A DNA stretch of 64,000 nucleotides from Octopus sinensis (Eukaryota), in contig NW_021824838.1 in the NCBI RefSeq assembly GCF_006345805.1, positions 1-64,000 on the forward strand, given 5' to 3'. A program made the translations under genes and the position numbers. Position 1 is the stretch's first letter; the number at the start of each line of letters is the position of its first letter. Positions 40,161 through 51,786 of this stretch are shown here, in pieces. Under the pieces are notes generated by a model that worked only from the letters and a program-made list of their open reading frames with translations, made no database searches and was not told where the DNA came from.

Positions 40161-40696
40161 ATAGAGAGTGGTGAGTGAATTTAGAGGGTAGAAAATATAC
40201 CGGAGCCTGCCATCTGCTTCCGTGTCTATGAATGCTTACATTCATAGGCAAAAGCTCAAATACAAACGGTGAAGTTTGTCACCATTCACTGTAAGCGAAT
40301 ACTCCGCCATTCCCGCTTTCGAAAACCCGTGGAATTAAAATTTCTCTTACTTTTATAACATAAAAGGGTTAGCAGTAGGAAGGGCATCCGGCTGTAAAGA
40401 ACGTCTCAATAATAGGTATTCGCATGATCCATAACAGCCCGGAAAACGTGCATAGAACGAACGAATATAAGGGTGAAAGAGGTATGTGTAGATTAAGGGA
40501 GATATCGGCACGTATTAACACGTATTAAACGACTTAAACTATGCTCAGTGGATACGCTTATCGTTCATTTCAGGTTGATGACCCGAACGTGTTACCCAAA
40601 TACTATTTCAGAGACGATTCTCTGACCTTGTATAATTGTATACTGAAGTATGTATCCAGCTATATAGATGTCTACTACGGTGAGTATGTTTTTCTA

Positions 40697-40766
<70 letters not shown>

Positions 40767-41385
40767 GCACACACACACACACATACACACACACACACAT
40801 ACACACACACACAAATATATATACATATATACTCTTTACTCTTAACTCTTTTACTTTTTTTCAGTCATTTGACTGTGGCCATGCTGGAGCACCGCCTTTA
40901 GTCGAACAAATATCGCTCCCAGGACTTATTCTTTGTAAGCCTTGTACTTATTCTATCGGTCTCTTTTGCCGAACCGCTAAGTTATGGGGACTTAAACATA
41001 CCAGCATCGGTTGTCAAGCGATGTTGAGGGGACAAACACAGACACACAAACATATACACGCACATACATATACATATATATATACATACGACGGGCTTCT
41101 ATTAGCATGCTATTAATTCTTTCTGAGGATAATATGTATATCCGAATATCTTATGTGATACCCACTCCATCAAGTCTTCTGTAACAATAATAATATTCTT
41201 TTTTTTTATGTATTCTTTTTTTCGCACTGAGGAGAATAGTAATATGTAATTAATTTAATTTTAATTAATTTATTTCTGTAGTGGGTATATAATAATATGT
41301 GAAATTTAAAGTCTGAAATTTAAAAGTCTGTTATCAGCATATTGGCATAGAAATAATTTTCTTTTGCTCTTGTTTATAAGTTGTT

Positions 41386-41424
<39 letters not shown>

Positions 41425-42387
41425 CGAATATCGCAGGAGTGGCTGTGTGGTAAGTAGCTTGCTTACCAACCACATGGTTCCGGGTTCAGTCCCACTGCGT
41501 GGCACCTTGGGCAAGTGTATTCTACTATAGCCTCGGGCCGACCAAAGCCTTGTGAGTGGATTTGGTAGACGGAAACTGAAAGAAGCCCGTCGTATATATG
41601 TATATATATATGTGTGTGTGTGTTTGTGTGTCTGTGTTTGTCCCCCTAGCATTGCTTGACAACCGATGCTGGTGTGTTTATGTCCCCGTCACTTAGCGGT
41701 TCGGCAAAAGAGACCGATAGAATAAGTACTGGGCTTACAAAGAATAAGTCCCGGGGTCGAGTTGCTCGACTACTAAAGGCGGTGCTCCAGCATGGCCGCA
41801 GTCAAATGACTGAAACAAGTAAAAGAGTAATGAACTGATGTTTATGTTGAGCGCGGTTTAGTTGCTAGAGATATTCGGCTCAATCGTTTGCACGTTAACT
41901 TCATGAGCAGGCGGTTTCGTTTTATTGTATTCTTATTTCACCCCCGCTTTTGTTATAAAATATGTTACTAATTGCACTAATAATTACGATTTCAGGAGCT
42001 GACAAAGATGTTGTCGAAGATTGGGAATTACAAAACTGGGCTGAATGTATCTCAAAGGAGCCCAAACCCGAAGACGGTGGCATCGGTATAAAGGTAATTG
42101 TTGCTTTTGTTTCATCGCCTGTCAGCCGTGGTAGGACGGACTAATTAAGAAAGTATTTCAGCCATGAAAATTTAGTGTTTTTCAGTCGTGCAAAGTACAG
42201 TCAACCATGAAACTCTTGAGCGAGTATTGTTTGATGAGAGGATAGTAGCATGTACCATGCTTTCGGTAATTTTTTAAAGTGCTTGTCTAGTCGCAAGAGC
42301 ATCCTTACTGCTCCATCGCCCGTGACCAAGCGTATTGTATCGTACAGGATGTGACAGCCAGAAAGAAAGAACGAGAGAGAGAGAGAG

Positions 42388-42431
<44 letters not shown>

Positions 42432-44226
42432 TGTGTGTGTGAGAGAGAGAGACAGAGTGTGTGTGTGAGAGAGAGAGACAGAGTGTGTGTGTGAGAGAGA
42501 GAGTGTGTTTATGTGTAAGAGAGAGTGTGTATGTGTGAGAGAGTGAGAGAGAAAGAGTGTGTGTGTGTGAGAGAGAGAGTGTGTGTGAGAGAGAGAGAGA
42601 GTGTTTATGTGTGAGAGAGAGTGTGTATGTGTGAGAGAGTGAGAGAGAAAGAGTGTGTGTGAGTGTGTAAGAGAGAGAGAGAGAGAGAGAGAGAGTGTGT
42701 GTGTGAGAGAGAGAGAGAGCATCACAAGTCAAACATCTTAACCATGAGGCAACGCGAATCCACTCAGAATACAGTTTCATAGTTTTATGCTTTAATTATT
42801 TGAGACCGTAAGGCGTATTTTGAGGGTGATTTGGCTACTTTTCCTAACAGTCGGTGACCCCGTAGACTCCTTCTGTTACTTGCACACGTGATAGCAAAAT
42901 ACTGCTTTGAGGGAATGGCTACGGCCATGCTAAGGATCCGTCTTCAATGGATGTGTTCGGTTGCTTATGGCTGCCGTTTGCGATTTGTCAGATAGGAAGT
43001 TGAATTATTTGAGGAGTTAACTTGATTCACCCACCTACACGTATATAGATACATAAATATGTACACACACACCCATACACACACACACACACTCACACAC
43101 ACACACGCACACACAGCCACACATACACACACACACTCACACACGCACAAGCATTCCACATTGTGTATTGAGCACTTACTCCGTTCATAAACACAGATAT
43201 TTACCAATACACACACGCACGCACACACAGTCGCACGAACCTATTAAGGGTGGTGGGATGCTGAAATATTCCTGGCTTTAAGGGTATCGCAAAAGGCCTG
43301 GCTGGAGGTCCAAGATTCCGAGTTCTTTGCAGGGGTTAGAAAAACTGAAGGACCGCTGCAATAAGTGTGTGAATCTGAGAGGGGAACATGTTGAATAAAA
43401 TCATGATCAACTGATCCACCTGTATTTTCCGTTACCCAAAACCAGGAACTTCCCAGAAATCCTTGTATATTTTTATATACATTTACCAGAGGGTATTGAG
43501 AAGTTCTCGGGATTAAGGATATTGTGAAGGGCCTGGTTGGAAGCCCAACCTTCCAAGTTCTTTTGCAGGGTTTAGAAAAACTAAAGGACCACTGCAATAA
43601 GTGTGTGTGAATCTGAGAGGAGAATATGTTGAATAAAATCGTAATTAACTGATCCCCATGGATTTTCTTTTTACCAAAGCCGGGACCTGTTCAGAACCCC
43701 TTCATAACTCTTATATCTGATGATTTTTATGTAGATTTTGTGCAGCAAGTCATGTGTTAAAGCGCTCGGACGACTTTACCGCATTTGATGCAACTTGTAG
43801 GTTTATACGTATGGAGTTCTCTCCCTTGCACTCTCGGCCAAGTAATATTTAGCTTAGCCTGAGTTTTTTTATTTATTTAATCATTGCGTTTAGCCAGATT
43901 ATGGTTATTTCTGATGATGAAGAGTTTGGAAAGACTCAAAAATCTGCGAATGGAACATTCTAGGGATAATCTCTTAAAATGTTAACGGTAGCTTGCTGTA
44001 GAATAAAATGTCGGTCGCGTTGTGGAAAAGGATTGGTGTGTGTGTGTGTGTGTTTGAGAGAGAGCGAGAGCGAGAATGAGGAAGAGAGAGAGAGAGAGAG
44101 GAGAGAATGACAGAGAGAGAGAGAGAGAGAGGGGGAGAGAGTGAGTGAGAGGAGAAGGAGAGATTCAAACGAACGTTGCTGCCTCGAGTATACACAGATA
44201 GACACATAAACGATATTGGCCCGCGG

Positions 44227-44257
<31 letters not shown>

Positions 44258-47200
44258 TCTCACACAGAATACAATTTGTTGTGTGTGTGTATAAAATTAA
44301 ATAAGGGTAGAAATTGATATTAATCAATTAAAACCAGTGGCCTAACATATTTTTAAAAAATCCGAAGATTAAAAATTTTTTTTACATTTAAAATTTAGAG
44401 GATTGACCACTAAAAGTAGACAGTCTATATGCTAGATATAGACGTCAAAATCAATTTTAAATAAAAAATGTTGTCTAGCCGGTAAATTGACTGCTGTAGT
44501 TTATTAACTGCAGACTAGTTTCCGATCTCAGCGCGCCAAAGTGAAGGCATTTGAAAGATACACATAAATATAATTTGTAGAACTTTATACATGATGGATT
44601 TCGGTTGAGCGTTCTGTATCTAGTTCTGGAAATTGTGTTTCATAAACGACGGACTATGCTGATGATCTTGCAGATGTTTATGCATCCATATACGTAAATA
44701 TTAACAAGTGAAACTAATTAGTACATAGGTAATCGTTTTTTTATTTCGTATTTTAATCGTATTTTTATTTCATTTGTCTTGCTTATTTTTACACTTTGTT
44801 TTTTTTTGCTGAAATTTTTTCTTGAGAACACATTCTTCGTGGAAAATGGCGATTTTGACATCTATATCTAGCATATAGGCTGTCTATTTTTAGTGGTCAG
44901 TCCTCTAAATTTTGTATGTAAGAAAAATTTTTAATCTTCGGATTTTTTAAAAATATGCTAGGCCACTGGATTTAATTGATTAATATCAATTTCTACCCTT
45001 ATTTAATTTTATATATATATATAATACACATCAATATGAAGCACACAGTGCACCCTGGTGATCAGTTATTGTAAGGGAGATAATATTTTCTAGATCATAC
45101 ATGGTGCAATTAGAAGTTTGAATTTTAAATCGAAGACTAAGGAAGAAGATGCTTACAATGTCCACATTTAATATTGTTTTGCTCTTACTCATTACAAAGA
45201 TGTCGAAATTTCTAGTTGTAGGTAATCTGTTATAGCACCATTTTATTCTTATTTGAAACCATCAGCATTACATAACCTGAGGTAAAAAAAAAGTCAAAGT
45301 TCATTAAACATTTTACGAAGTGAGGCATTTTTTATAGATGGAAATTAATTACAGGTAAAAAGACATTCATGGAGTGTGTCTTTCTCTTTATTGTTTTTCG
45401 CTATCGATTCTAATAAATTTATTTATCTTTTTTAAAGGGCTTGCCAATGAAGGATGGCAAAGGTCATATGCCTTCAAAAGAACAATTAAAATTGTTTATA
45501 ACTACTGTCCTCTTTACCTGTAGTGTGTCACATGCACACGCCAACTTCCTTCAGTATGAAGAATATGCATTTCCTGCAAATTATCCATCAATGATAAGGA
45601 CTCCGTTGTTAAAAGACAAAGTAAGTATTGTTCTTTGGTAAAATACAATAATATACTTACCTTAGTTTTTATTTGATTTCGTATTCGTATTTCATCAAAT
45701 TATAGACTGTCAAGAAATGATCTCAACTGTCAGAGCAATACAGAACTATTTTTATATATCCTAACAAGATTTATTATTTGTGTTAAAATCTAGAATCTGT
45801 ATAATCTATGGTGGTTACACATTTGCACGAAATAATATCCAAAACATTGACAATTTTCCTTTTCTGCTTTGCAGAAATTCCTTATATTCTATTGATTGAA
45901 ATACCTGGGATGGTATGGGCGATAATTTACCTTCGTTTAGACAATTTTTATTAAAACTTTGTTGCTATTAGAGGTGGACAGAGAGGATCCAACAAGGGCC
46001 TTCAACGTGGAACGGGACAACACCCGATGAAACAGCTAAAACTGCTAGAATGGAAAAGCTCTTATTAAGACACAAGGAGTAGATTGTAAGAAAATACAAA
46101 AATACATTTTAATTCATGTTTATTGTTATTTCTTGATAACTTATTAGTCCAAATAAAGGATCAATTACAAATATAAGGGAGAAGATTAAAACTGTAAGAA
46201 ATTATGCATTGTATTTCCTTCCATAGTTTGGTGTTCCGTGTATAAAACTTAGAGGGAAAATATTGTAGATATTCAGGAGGTTATTTGTGCCAGCCTCGCC
46301 TGGCCCCCGTGCCGGTGGCACATAAAAGCACCATCCGTTCGTGTCCGTTTGCCAGCTCCGTCTGGCACCTGTGCGGGTGGCACATAAAAAGCACCCACTA
46401 CACTCACGGAGTGGTTGGCGTTAGGAAGGGCATCCAGCCGTAGAAACACTGCCAGATCTGACTGGGCCTGATGAAGCCTTCCAGCTTCACAGACCCCAGT
46501 TGAACCGTCCAACCCATGCTAGCATGGAGAACGGACGCTAAATGATGATGATGATGTGGTCCACACCAGTCATTGGTTCGAATAAATTGGTCAGTTATAA
46601 TGAAAAAGAATATGCTCTCATTAGGCCGATCGGCACTTATGGTTGCAAAGTACGGACTGGACGAATTTGAAGAGAAGAAAATGCGTTTGGAATGTGGTTG
46701 TAAAGGAGACTGTTACGAGAATTTTACAAGGATCGTTGGACAAATGGACGGGTGTTACAACATGTAGCTTTTTCTGATGTTACTAAAATGTATTTTAGTT
46801 AATATTATTTAACATTATATGGAGGTCAGATGGCAGGACTGCTAGTATGCTGGACAAAATGCTTAGCGGTATTTCGTCTGTCTTTATGTTCTGAGTTCAA
46901 ATTCAACCGAGGTAGACTTTACTTTTTATCATTGTGGGGTCGATAAAATAAGTACCAGTTGAGTACTGGAGTCGATGTAAATCAACCAACCCTGAAATTG
47001 ATGGCCTTGAGCTAAAATTTGAAACCAAGATTATATTATATAACATTGTTAATATTAGGAGGGTACCCCACCAAAAAAAATTGCAACACGGATTCTTCAA
47101 GCCGAGCCAACTGATGGAGACCTAGGGTTATATCAAGAACGAAGATGGTTGGATGATTTCCTGAGTTTCAGTTGGTCACTTGAAAATCTACCCAGAGAGT

Positions 47201-47982
47201 CTAATAACGGTTGTTTCTGATAGGATGGAGGTACGTGGCTTAGTGGTTAGGGTGTTGCTCTCATGATCGGAAGATTGTGGTTTCGATTCCTGGATCAAGC
47301 AACGCATTATGTTCTTGAGCAAAACACTTCGTTTCACGTTGCTGCTGTCCACTCAGCTGGTAAAAATGAGTAATCCCGCGACAGGCTGGCGTCCCATCCA
47401 GTGGGGGTAATTTACACGTAACTGAAACCGGCCCTTATGAATCTGTATGACCCGAGAAGGTAATTTTACCTTTTTAAGATTGGACTCAATGGAAGAGATA
47501 CTTGTGGGACAGTGGGTGAAGAAGACGGATAGATTACACGGTAATACAAAATGGTAGTAAATTAGTAGAGTCGGTAGATCACCAGACAAGACAGAATGTG
47601 GGTTTTGCATTACGAGGTTTTATATTTTGTTTCAAATTACACCGATGTCAAATTTACTTTTAGTTTTCTGAAGGGTCGTTAAAAAACGAACTAGGATTAC
47701 ATTCACCAATATCCATCCTAGATATAAACGGAATTATAAAGGAAGACTAAATCATTAAATTATTAAAAAAAATATTCTTTTTCTTTTTTCTTTTTCATCG
47801 TTCAAAACATTAGAATCCACGAAAAGAGGAAGATCTCATGGCAGCCCTGCCCGACAAAGCTACGACTTTAGATGTTATGGCAATCACAAACCTACTGAGT
47901 GCTAAGACAACCAAATCTTTAGGGGATTTTGAAACACAATATATCTATGATCCGAAAGCTCTTGTATGTGTCAAAGAGTAAG

Positions 47983-48022
<40 letters not shown>

Positions 48023-48355
48023 TAATAATAATAATAACAACAACAGTAATTATGATAATAATAATAATTTTTTTCAACAAGCAATAATCACGCCTCGGAT
48101 TTACCTTATCGTGTTGCTGTCTACTAACTCTCCTCAGGAGACTTTGGCTCCCTTAAGTAAAAAAAAACAGTTGTAATATTTTGCGATGTGGGCTCGATTA
48201 TTGTAAAAGGGTTATATTACTCAGGGAACAAACCGTGTCTAAACTTGATAGCCGCATCGTTTGGGTGATGTTGACGGGAGATTTTACACGCAGCTCTCAC
48301 AGTGGTCAAAAGTTATCCTCTTTAAAGATGATGTTAATAATAGACTAATAAATAA

Positions 48356-48387
<32 letters not shown>

Positions 48388-48445
48388 ATGTATACATATT
48401 ATATATATATATATATATATGTATACTATTTATATATATATATGT

Positions 48446-48483
<38 letters not shown>

Positions 48484-48596
48484 TATATATACATACATAC
48501 ATACATATATATATGTGTATATATATATGTATACTATTTATATATATATATGTATACATATATATTGTATACATATATATATATATACATACATAC

Positions 48597-48627
<31 letters not shown>

Positions 48628-48847
48628 TTTGCATTGTATCAAGTAACTTTAAAACTGATTGTAAATAGACTATTTTTGTAAAACTAATATTACATTTTAA
48701 TTCATATTTTCTGTTTGTGTTTTTGTTTTCAGATTCCAGATGAACCTGAAAGCTATCAGTGACAAAATCAGAAAAAGGAATAAGACCCTGGAAAAGGCTT
48801 ACAATGTTTTAGACCCTGTCAACATTCCTAATGCTATTAGTATTTGA
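20403..48847 (+). CDS. ALOX-like: Lipoxygenase A (PLAT + LOX catalytic domain), 15 coding exons, 673 aa; animal arachidonate-LOX / coral 8R-LOX-like
   Basis: join(20403-20888,22237-22281,27471-27599,28020-28117,29817-29949,30853-30948,32024-32120,32834-32951,34220-34312,37450-37510,40574-40679,41996-42093,45438-45620,47814-47977,48733-48847) = 2022 nt with no internal stop. All introns GT-AG with matching phases. Motifs: WxLAK, H355-Q-x3-H360-L-x2-T-H365, H552-x3-N556, C-terminal PNAISI*. Confidence 0.95.
20985..21376 (-). mobile_element. tRNA-derived SINE family D, full length; second full copy at 52304-52680 (+), 3' fragments at 15270-15417 and 27277-27392, degenerate copy at 11066-11225
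   Basis: Head gaggcgcaatggcccagtggttagggcagcggactcgcggtcgtaggatcgcggtttcgattccc; near-identical copies. Confidence 0.85.
22237..22281 (+). CDS. ALOX-like: LOX-A exon 2 (45 nt, [15 protein letters not shown])
   Basis: tttttcctgtacag|...|gtaagt; matches the LPxDExFS motif of animal LOXs; phase 0-0. Confidence 0.88.
22459..23145. repeat. (TACA)n microsatellite array
   Basis: Direct reading; source of the YVCM/HTYI pseudo-ORFs. Confidence 0.95.
25628..25790. repeat. (ACT)n/(ACC)n trinucleotide repeat
   Basis: Direct reading. Confidence 0.95.
27471..27599 (+). CDS. ALOX-like: LOX-A exon 3 (WNMLTNK...[11 protein letters not shown]...EPE)
   Basis: tctctttcag| acceptor, |gtgtgt donor, 129 nt, WxxLDD motif. 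Confidence 0.88.
28020..28117 (+). CDS. ALOX-like: LOX-A exon 4 ([24 protein letters not shown]...)
   Basis: W-x-x-D-x-x-F-G-x-Q-x-L-N-G-x-N-P LOX motif; catag| and |gtaagt. Confidence 0.93.
28513..28768 (+). mobile_element. mariner MITE with Hsmar1/MADE1-like TIRs and a transposase C-terminal remnant
   Basis: TIR attgggttggtgcataattattgcg / cgcaataattatgcaccagcccaata; internal [19 protein letters not shown]. Confidence 0.85.
29817..29949 (+). CDS. ALOX-like: LOX-A exon 5 (LGVDDEVL...[13 protein letters not shown]...)
   Basis: ttgtag| and |gtaagc; phase 2 in, phase 0 out; LFxxD motif. Confidence 0.92.
30853..30948 (+). CDS. ALOX-like: LOX-A exon 6 (MCVPIALF...[17 protein letters not shown])
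   Basis: PIAIQL motif; ttacag| and |gtaaga. Confidence 0.94.
32024..32120 (+). CDS. ALOX-like: LOX-A exon 7 (IFLPTD...WTLAKMW...HQSLVHL)
   Basis: WxLAK motif and iron ligand H360; ttctttag| acceptor, weaker |gtatta donor. Confidence 0.94.
32834..32951 (+). CDS. ALOX-like: LOX-A exon 8 (LTHLLME...[10 protein letters not shown]...AIN)
   Basis: THLLxE (H365) and HPxxKLLxPH motifs; ttttgtag| and |gtaagt. Confidence 0.95.
33062..33786. mobile_element. Foldback/MITE with ~210-bp terminal inverted repeats (intron 8)
   Basis: 33062-33275 is the reverse complement of 33575-33786 with scattered mismatches; no TSD identified. Confidence 0.8.
34220..34312 (+). CDS. ALOX-like: LOX-A exon 9 ([14 protein letters not shown]...)
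   Basis: ttttag| and |gtaagt; phase 2-2; contains the Coffa-site Gly. Confidence 0.92.
34810..35225 (-). mobile_element. Non-autonomous Helitron-like element
   Basis: On -, ends cccgagcaacgccgggcgatactgCTAG (3' hairpin + CTAG); the 5' end dissolves into (TA)n. Confidence 0.65.
35664..35927 (+). mobile_element. 5'-truncated RTE-clade LINE, ORF2 C-terminus
   Basis: [19 protein letters not shown]...[14 protein letters not shown]...AQDR..WR is the typical RTE/BovB C-terminal motif. Confidence 0.88.
37450..37510 (+). CDS. ALOX-like: LOX-A exon 10 ([20 protein letters not shown])
   Basis: ttttag| and |gtaagt; matches the LPxxxxxR motif. Confidence 0.9.
38190..38880. repeat. Complex (TG/TC/TA) microsatellite with an internal ~120-bp duplication
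   Basis: tatgaatatatgtttgtg...tatgagaatgtgtatctatg occurs twice. Confidence 0.85.
40574..40679 (+). CDS. ALOX-like: LOX-A exon 11 ([15 protein letters not shown]...YY)
   Basis: YxxRDD motif; tttcag| and |gtgagt. Confidence 0.94.
41996..42093 (+). CDS. ALOX-like: LOX-A exon 12 ([16 protein letters not shown]...GIK)
   Basis: DxELQxW motif; tttcag| and |gtaatt. Confidence 0.94.
43246..43703 (+). mobile_element. Two tandem mariner MITEs carrying a transposase C-terminal remnant
   Basis: 43246-43466 and 43489-43703; [18 protein letters not shown](H/Y)VE*; degenerate TIRs gagggt...aagttc..ggct / agccgggac....agaaccc. Confidence 0.75.
44290..45013. mobile_element. TA-flanked MITE with ~170-bp TIRs (intron 12)
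   Basis: tataaaattaaataagggtagaaattgatattaatc... at the left end is mirrored at 44850-45013. Confidence 0.85.
45438..45620 (+). CDS. ALOX-like: LOX-A exon 13 (GLPMKDG...[15 protein letters not shown]...KDK)
   Basis: Iron ligands H552/N556, QY motif; tttaaag| and |gtaagt. Confidence 0.95.
46290..46555 (+). mobile_element. SINE/RTE-associated repeat with (GAT)n tail; related copies at 5700-5875, 33925-34090 (-), 40370-40450
   Basis: Shared tggttggcgttaggaagggcatccagccgtagaaac core and gacgctaaatgatgatgatg tail. Confidence 0.65.
47814..47977 (+). CDS. ALOX-like: LOX-A exon 14 ([14 protein letters not shown]...LGDFE...VK)
   Basis: LP...LS...LG motif; cattag| and |gtaagt. Confidence 0.93.
48733..48847 (+). 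CDS. ALOX-like: LOX-A exon 15 (FQMNL...RN...Y..LDP..IPNAISI*)
   Basis: Canonical LOX C-terminus ending in the iron-ligand Ile; TGA at 48845-48847. Confidence 0.95.
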
Positions 48848-49013
48848 AATACAGCATATACCATACACATACACACACACATATATACATACATACATAC
48901 ATAGTTTAAGATGTGGATTCAGAGAATCGTGTAGTAATCACGAAACGGCTGTTATCCGAAGCGAGCGTATCAAGTGGTTAAATATATTCACGTCTCATAG
49001 CTTCTAAGTTATA

Positions 49014-49073
<60 letters not shown>

Positions 49074-49091
49074 ATATATAATATATATAAT

Positions 49092-49122
<31 letters not shown>

Positions 49123-50262
49123 TATATATATACATATATATATATATATAGGTGGGGAGAGTTCACGGGAGATACAAACAAGACGTGACAACCGTGGCCG
49201 TCTCGTCGGTTTTTCACGCATCGTTTACCAACAACTACATCACTTAATAACTTTGTTTAAGAGGAAGCATTGGATAATATTTTAAGGAAGATCTGATTAC
49301 TATTTCTAATAACATGTCTTGAAGAAAAAAATGTAATTGATGTCACAGAGTCTAAGAGAAGTCAGTTTTCTATAAAGTCGTTATTGTGTTGAGCACTGGG
49401 GGTCAACCTACCCCCTCCTTCGAAACTAGTGGCCTTGTGCCAACATTTTAAATCATTCTGTGTGTATGTGTGTTTGTGTGTGTGTGTGTGTGTGTGTAGA
49501 TTTGTATGATGTCAAAATCTAGTAGCCAGTAAGAACGGAGTGAGGAATTCTCAGTTGCTTCTGAGCAACAAAGGATTTCAGTTAACGAATGAATGGTGGA
49601 TTGTCTGATGTTTGTGTAGAAAGTGTTGAACGATATGGGACCGAGATAAGGCGCTAAATGGGGGAATGATTTGTGTAGGTTGGAACGAAGGGAGGCCAGC
49701 ATCTCCTCTCCTCTCCGCTAGAGCTGTAATCATGTACGTGGAAAATGGGGCAGAAAAGTATTAGCCGAGGTGTTCAGACGAGAAGACTGTTTTGGACGGA
49801 GACCCCATGCCAGTCCTGTGGTCAATATTCACCTGTTTACAACTAAAGGAATAGTTCCTTTCCTCCTTAGGACAACTCAAAAGCTGGTCATGGTGTCGCG
49901 GAGGATTGTAAACAAATGACACCGTCTGTGCGAAGGTGACTTCTGTTTACAATTAACGTGTTCATGACAAAAGGACTACACACGCAAACACACAAACACA
50001 CATACACACACAACATACACAATATGTATACATACACAGATATACATGTACAAACATACACACAGGCGTACGCACACATACACACACACATATATATATA
50101 CGCGTGCGCACATACACATAATGTGTATATATATATATAAAGTATATATACGCAGATATACATGTACATACCTATACACAGGCGTACGCACACACACACA
50201 CATATATATGCAACCCCATTTATATACTTATATAAATGCATGCGCGCACGCACATACACACA

Positions 50263-50345
<83 letters not shown>

Positions 50346-51738
50346 TCTCTCTCATACACACATGCACGCTCACACGAAGGCTTCTCCCCGTTTCTGTTTA
50401 TCACACTTCACTTGCAAGGCAACCCGCGTCTTTAGTAGTAACCATCAGCCACCGTAGACCAGGAGCGGAAATGAAGCAGCAGGGAACGATATAAAAATGA
50501 ACAAGTTTGAGTAGGAAAAGGCTAAAAGAAGTCTTGGGTTGTTAGAATTTGTGTGGTTTGATCTCAAGGTGCTGGACTTCACAAATAGGCGGCAAGAACC
50601 TTGACAAATGGCGAAACTCTGTTGAAACGGAACTTGACGAATTCCTAGGAAAGTTGACCTGGAAACTGTTTGTTTCCTATTTTTGGTATGTAATCAATTG
50701 ATCTTAGCATATTGATATATTTTAGCAAACCCGATTTAATGAAAGGCAATTTTGATTCCTCATCGAATCTGATCTTAGATTTATATATTATTTTTTTTTG
50801 TGTGTGCGTGACTTATTCGAGAAACGTCGGTATGAATAATTGTTTTTTTCCCCCCTGGGACTTCTAAGATTTGTTGGGAATAATTGTCATAAAACTGGAG
50901 CACTGGTTCGAAAGGATTTGGCTAAGATAGCCAGTAGCCAGGTGTTGGCGGCGGTGGTGGTAGATTAAAGGTGGATGAAGTCGACACGTGGGTTTCCCTA
51001 AGGGTTCATCTTACTATATGTCACTGCTAAGTCTTTGGTGAACAGGAGCTTCTTGAAGGAGACACACATGGCCAAGGTGTCGCGTAGTGGAGTTGATTCT
51101 GTAACCATTCAATCATGAAACGAACTTTCCAACAGCTTAGCTATACCTGTATGTCTTGTGTGTGTGTGGGGGGGATGCCTGTAAATATTCTAAATCGTTT
51201 AATACGGTTGCTCTACCGACTCTTTCTCTTTATTAATATTACCTTATAAATAAGGCGGCGAGCTGGCAGACACGTTAGCATGCCGGGCGAAATGCTTAGC
51301 GGTATTTCGTCTGCCACTACGTTCTGAGTTCAAATTCCGCCGAGGTCGACTTTGCCTTTCATCCTTCCGGAGTCGATTAAATAAGTACCAGTTACGCACT
51401 GGGGTCGATCTAATCGACTTAATCCGTTTGTCTGTCCTTGTTTGTCCTGTCTGTGTTTAGCTCCTTGTGGGTGGTAAAGAAATAGGTATTTCGTCTGCCG
51501 CTACGTTCTGAGTTCAAATTCCGCCGACGTCGACTTTACCTTTCATCCTTTCAGGGTCGATTAAATAAGTACCAGTTACGCACTGGGGTCGATCTAATCG
51601 ACTTAATCCGTTTGTCTGTCCTTGTTTGTCTCCTCTATGTTTAGCCCATTATGGGTAATAAATAAAGAAATATCTTATGATAAAAGAACAAAGATAAATT
51701 CTCTCTAGCATTTCTAACAATGGACGGGAAAACGGACG

Positions 51739-51786
<48 letters not shown>

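Noticed and set aside
43911-43945. Other CTGATGA hits as hammerheads (43911, 46468, 39203 minus, ~54618)
   Set aside because: Stems I-III are weak or GAAA is missing at the required spacing.
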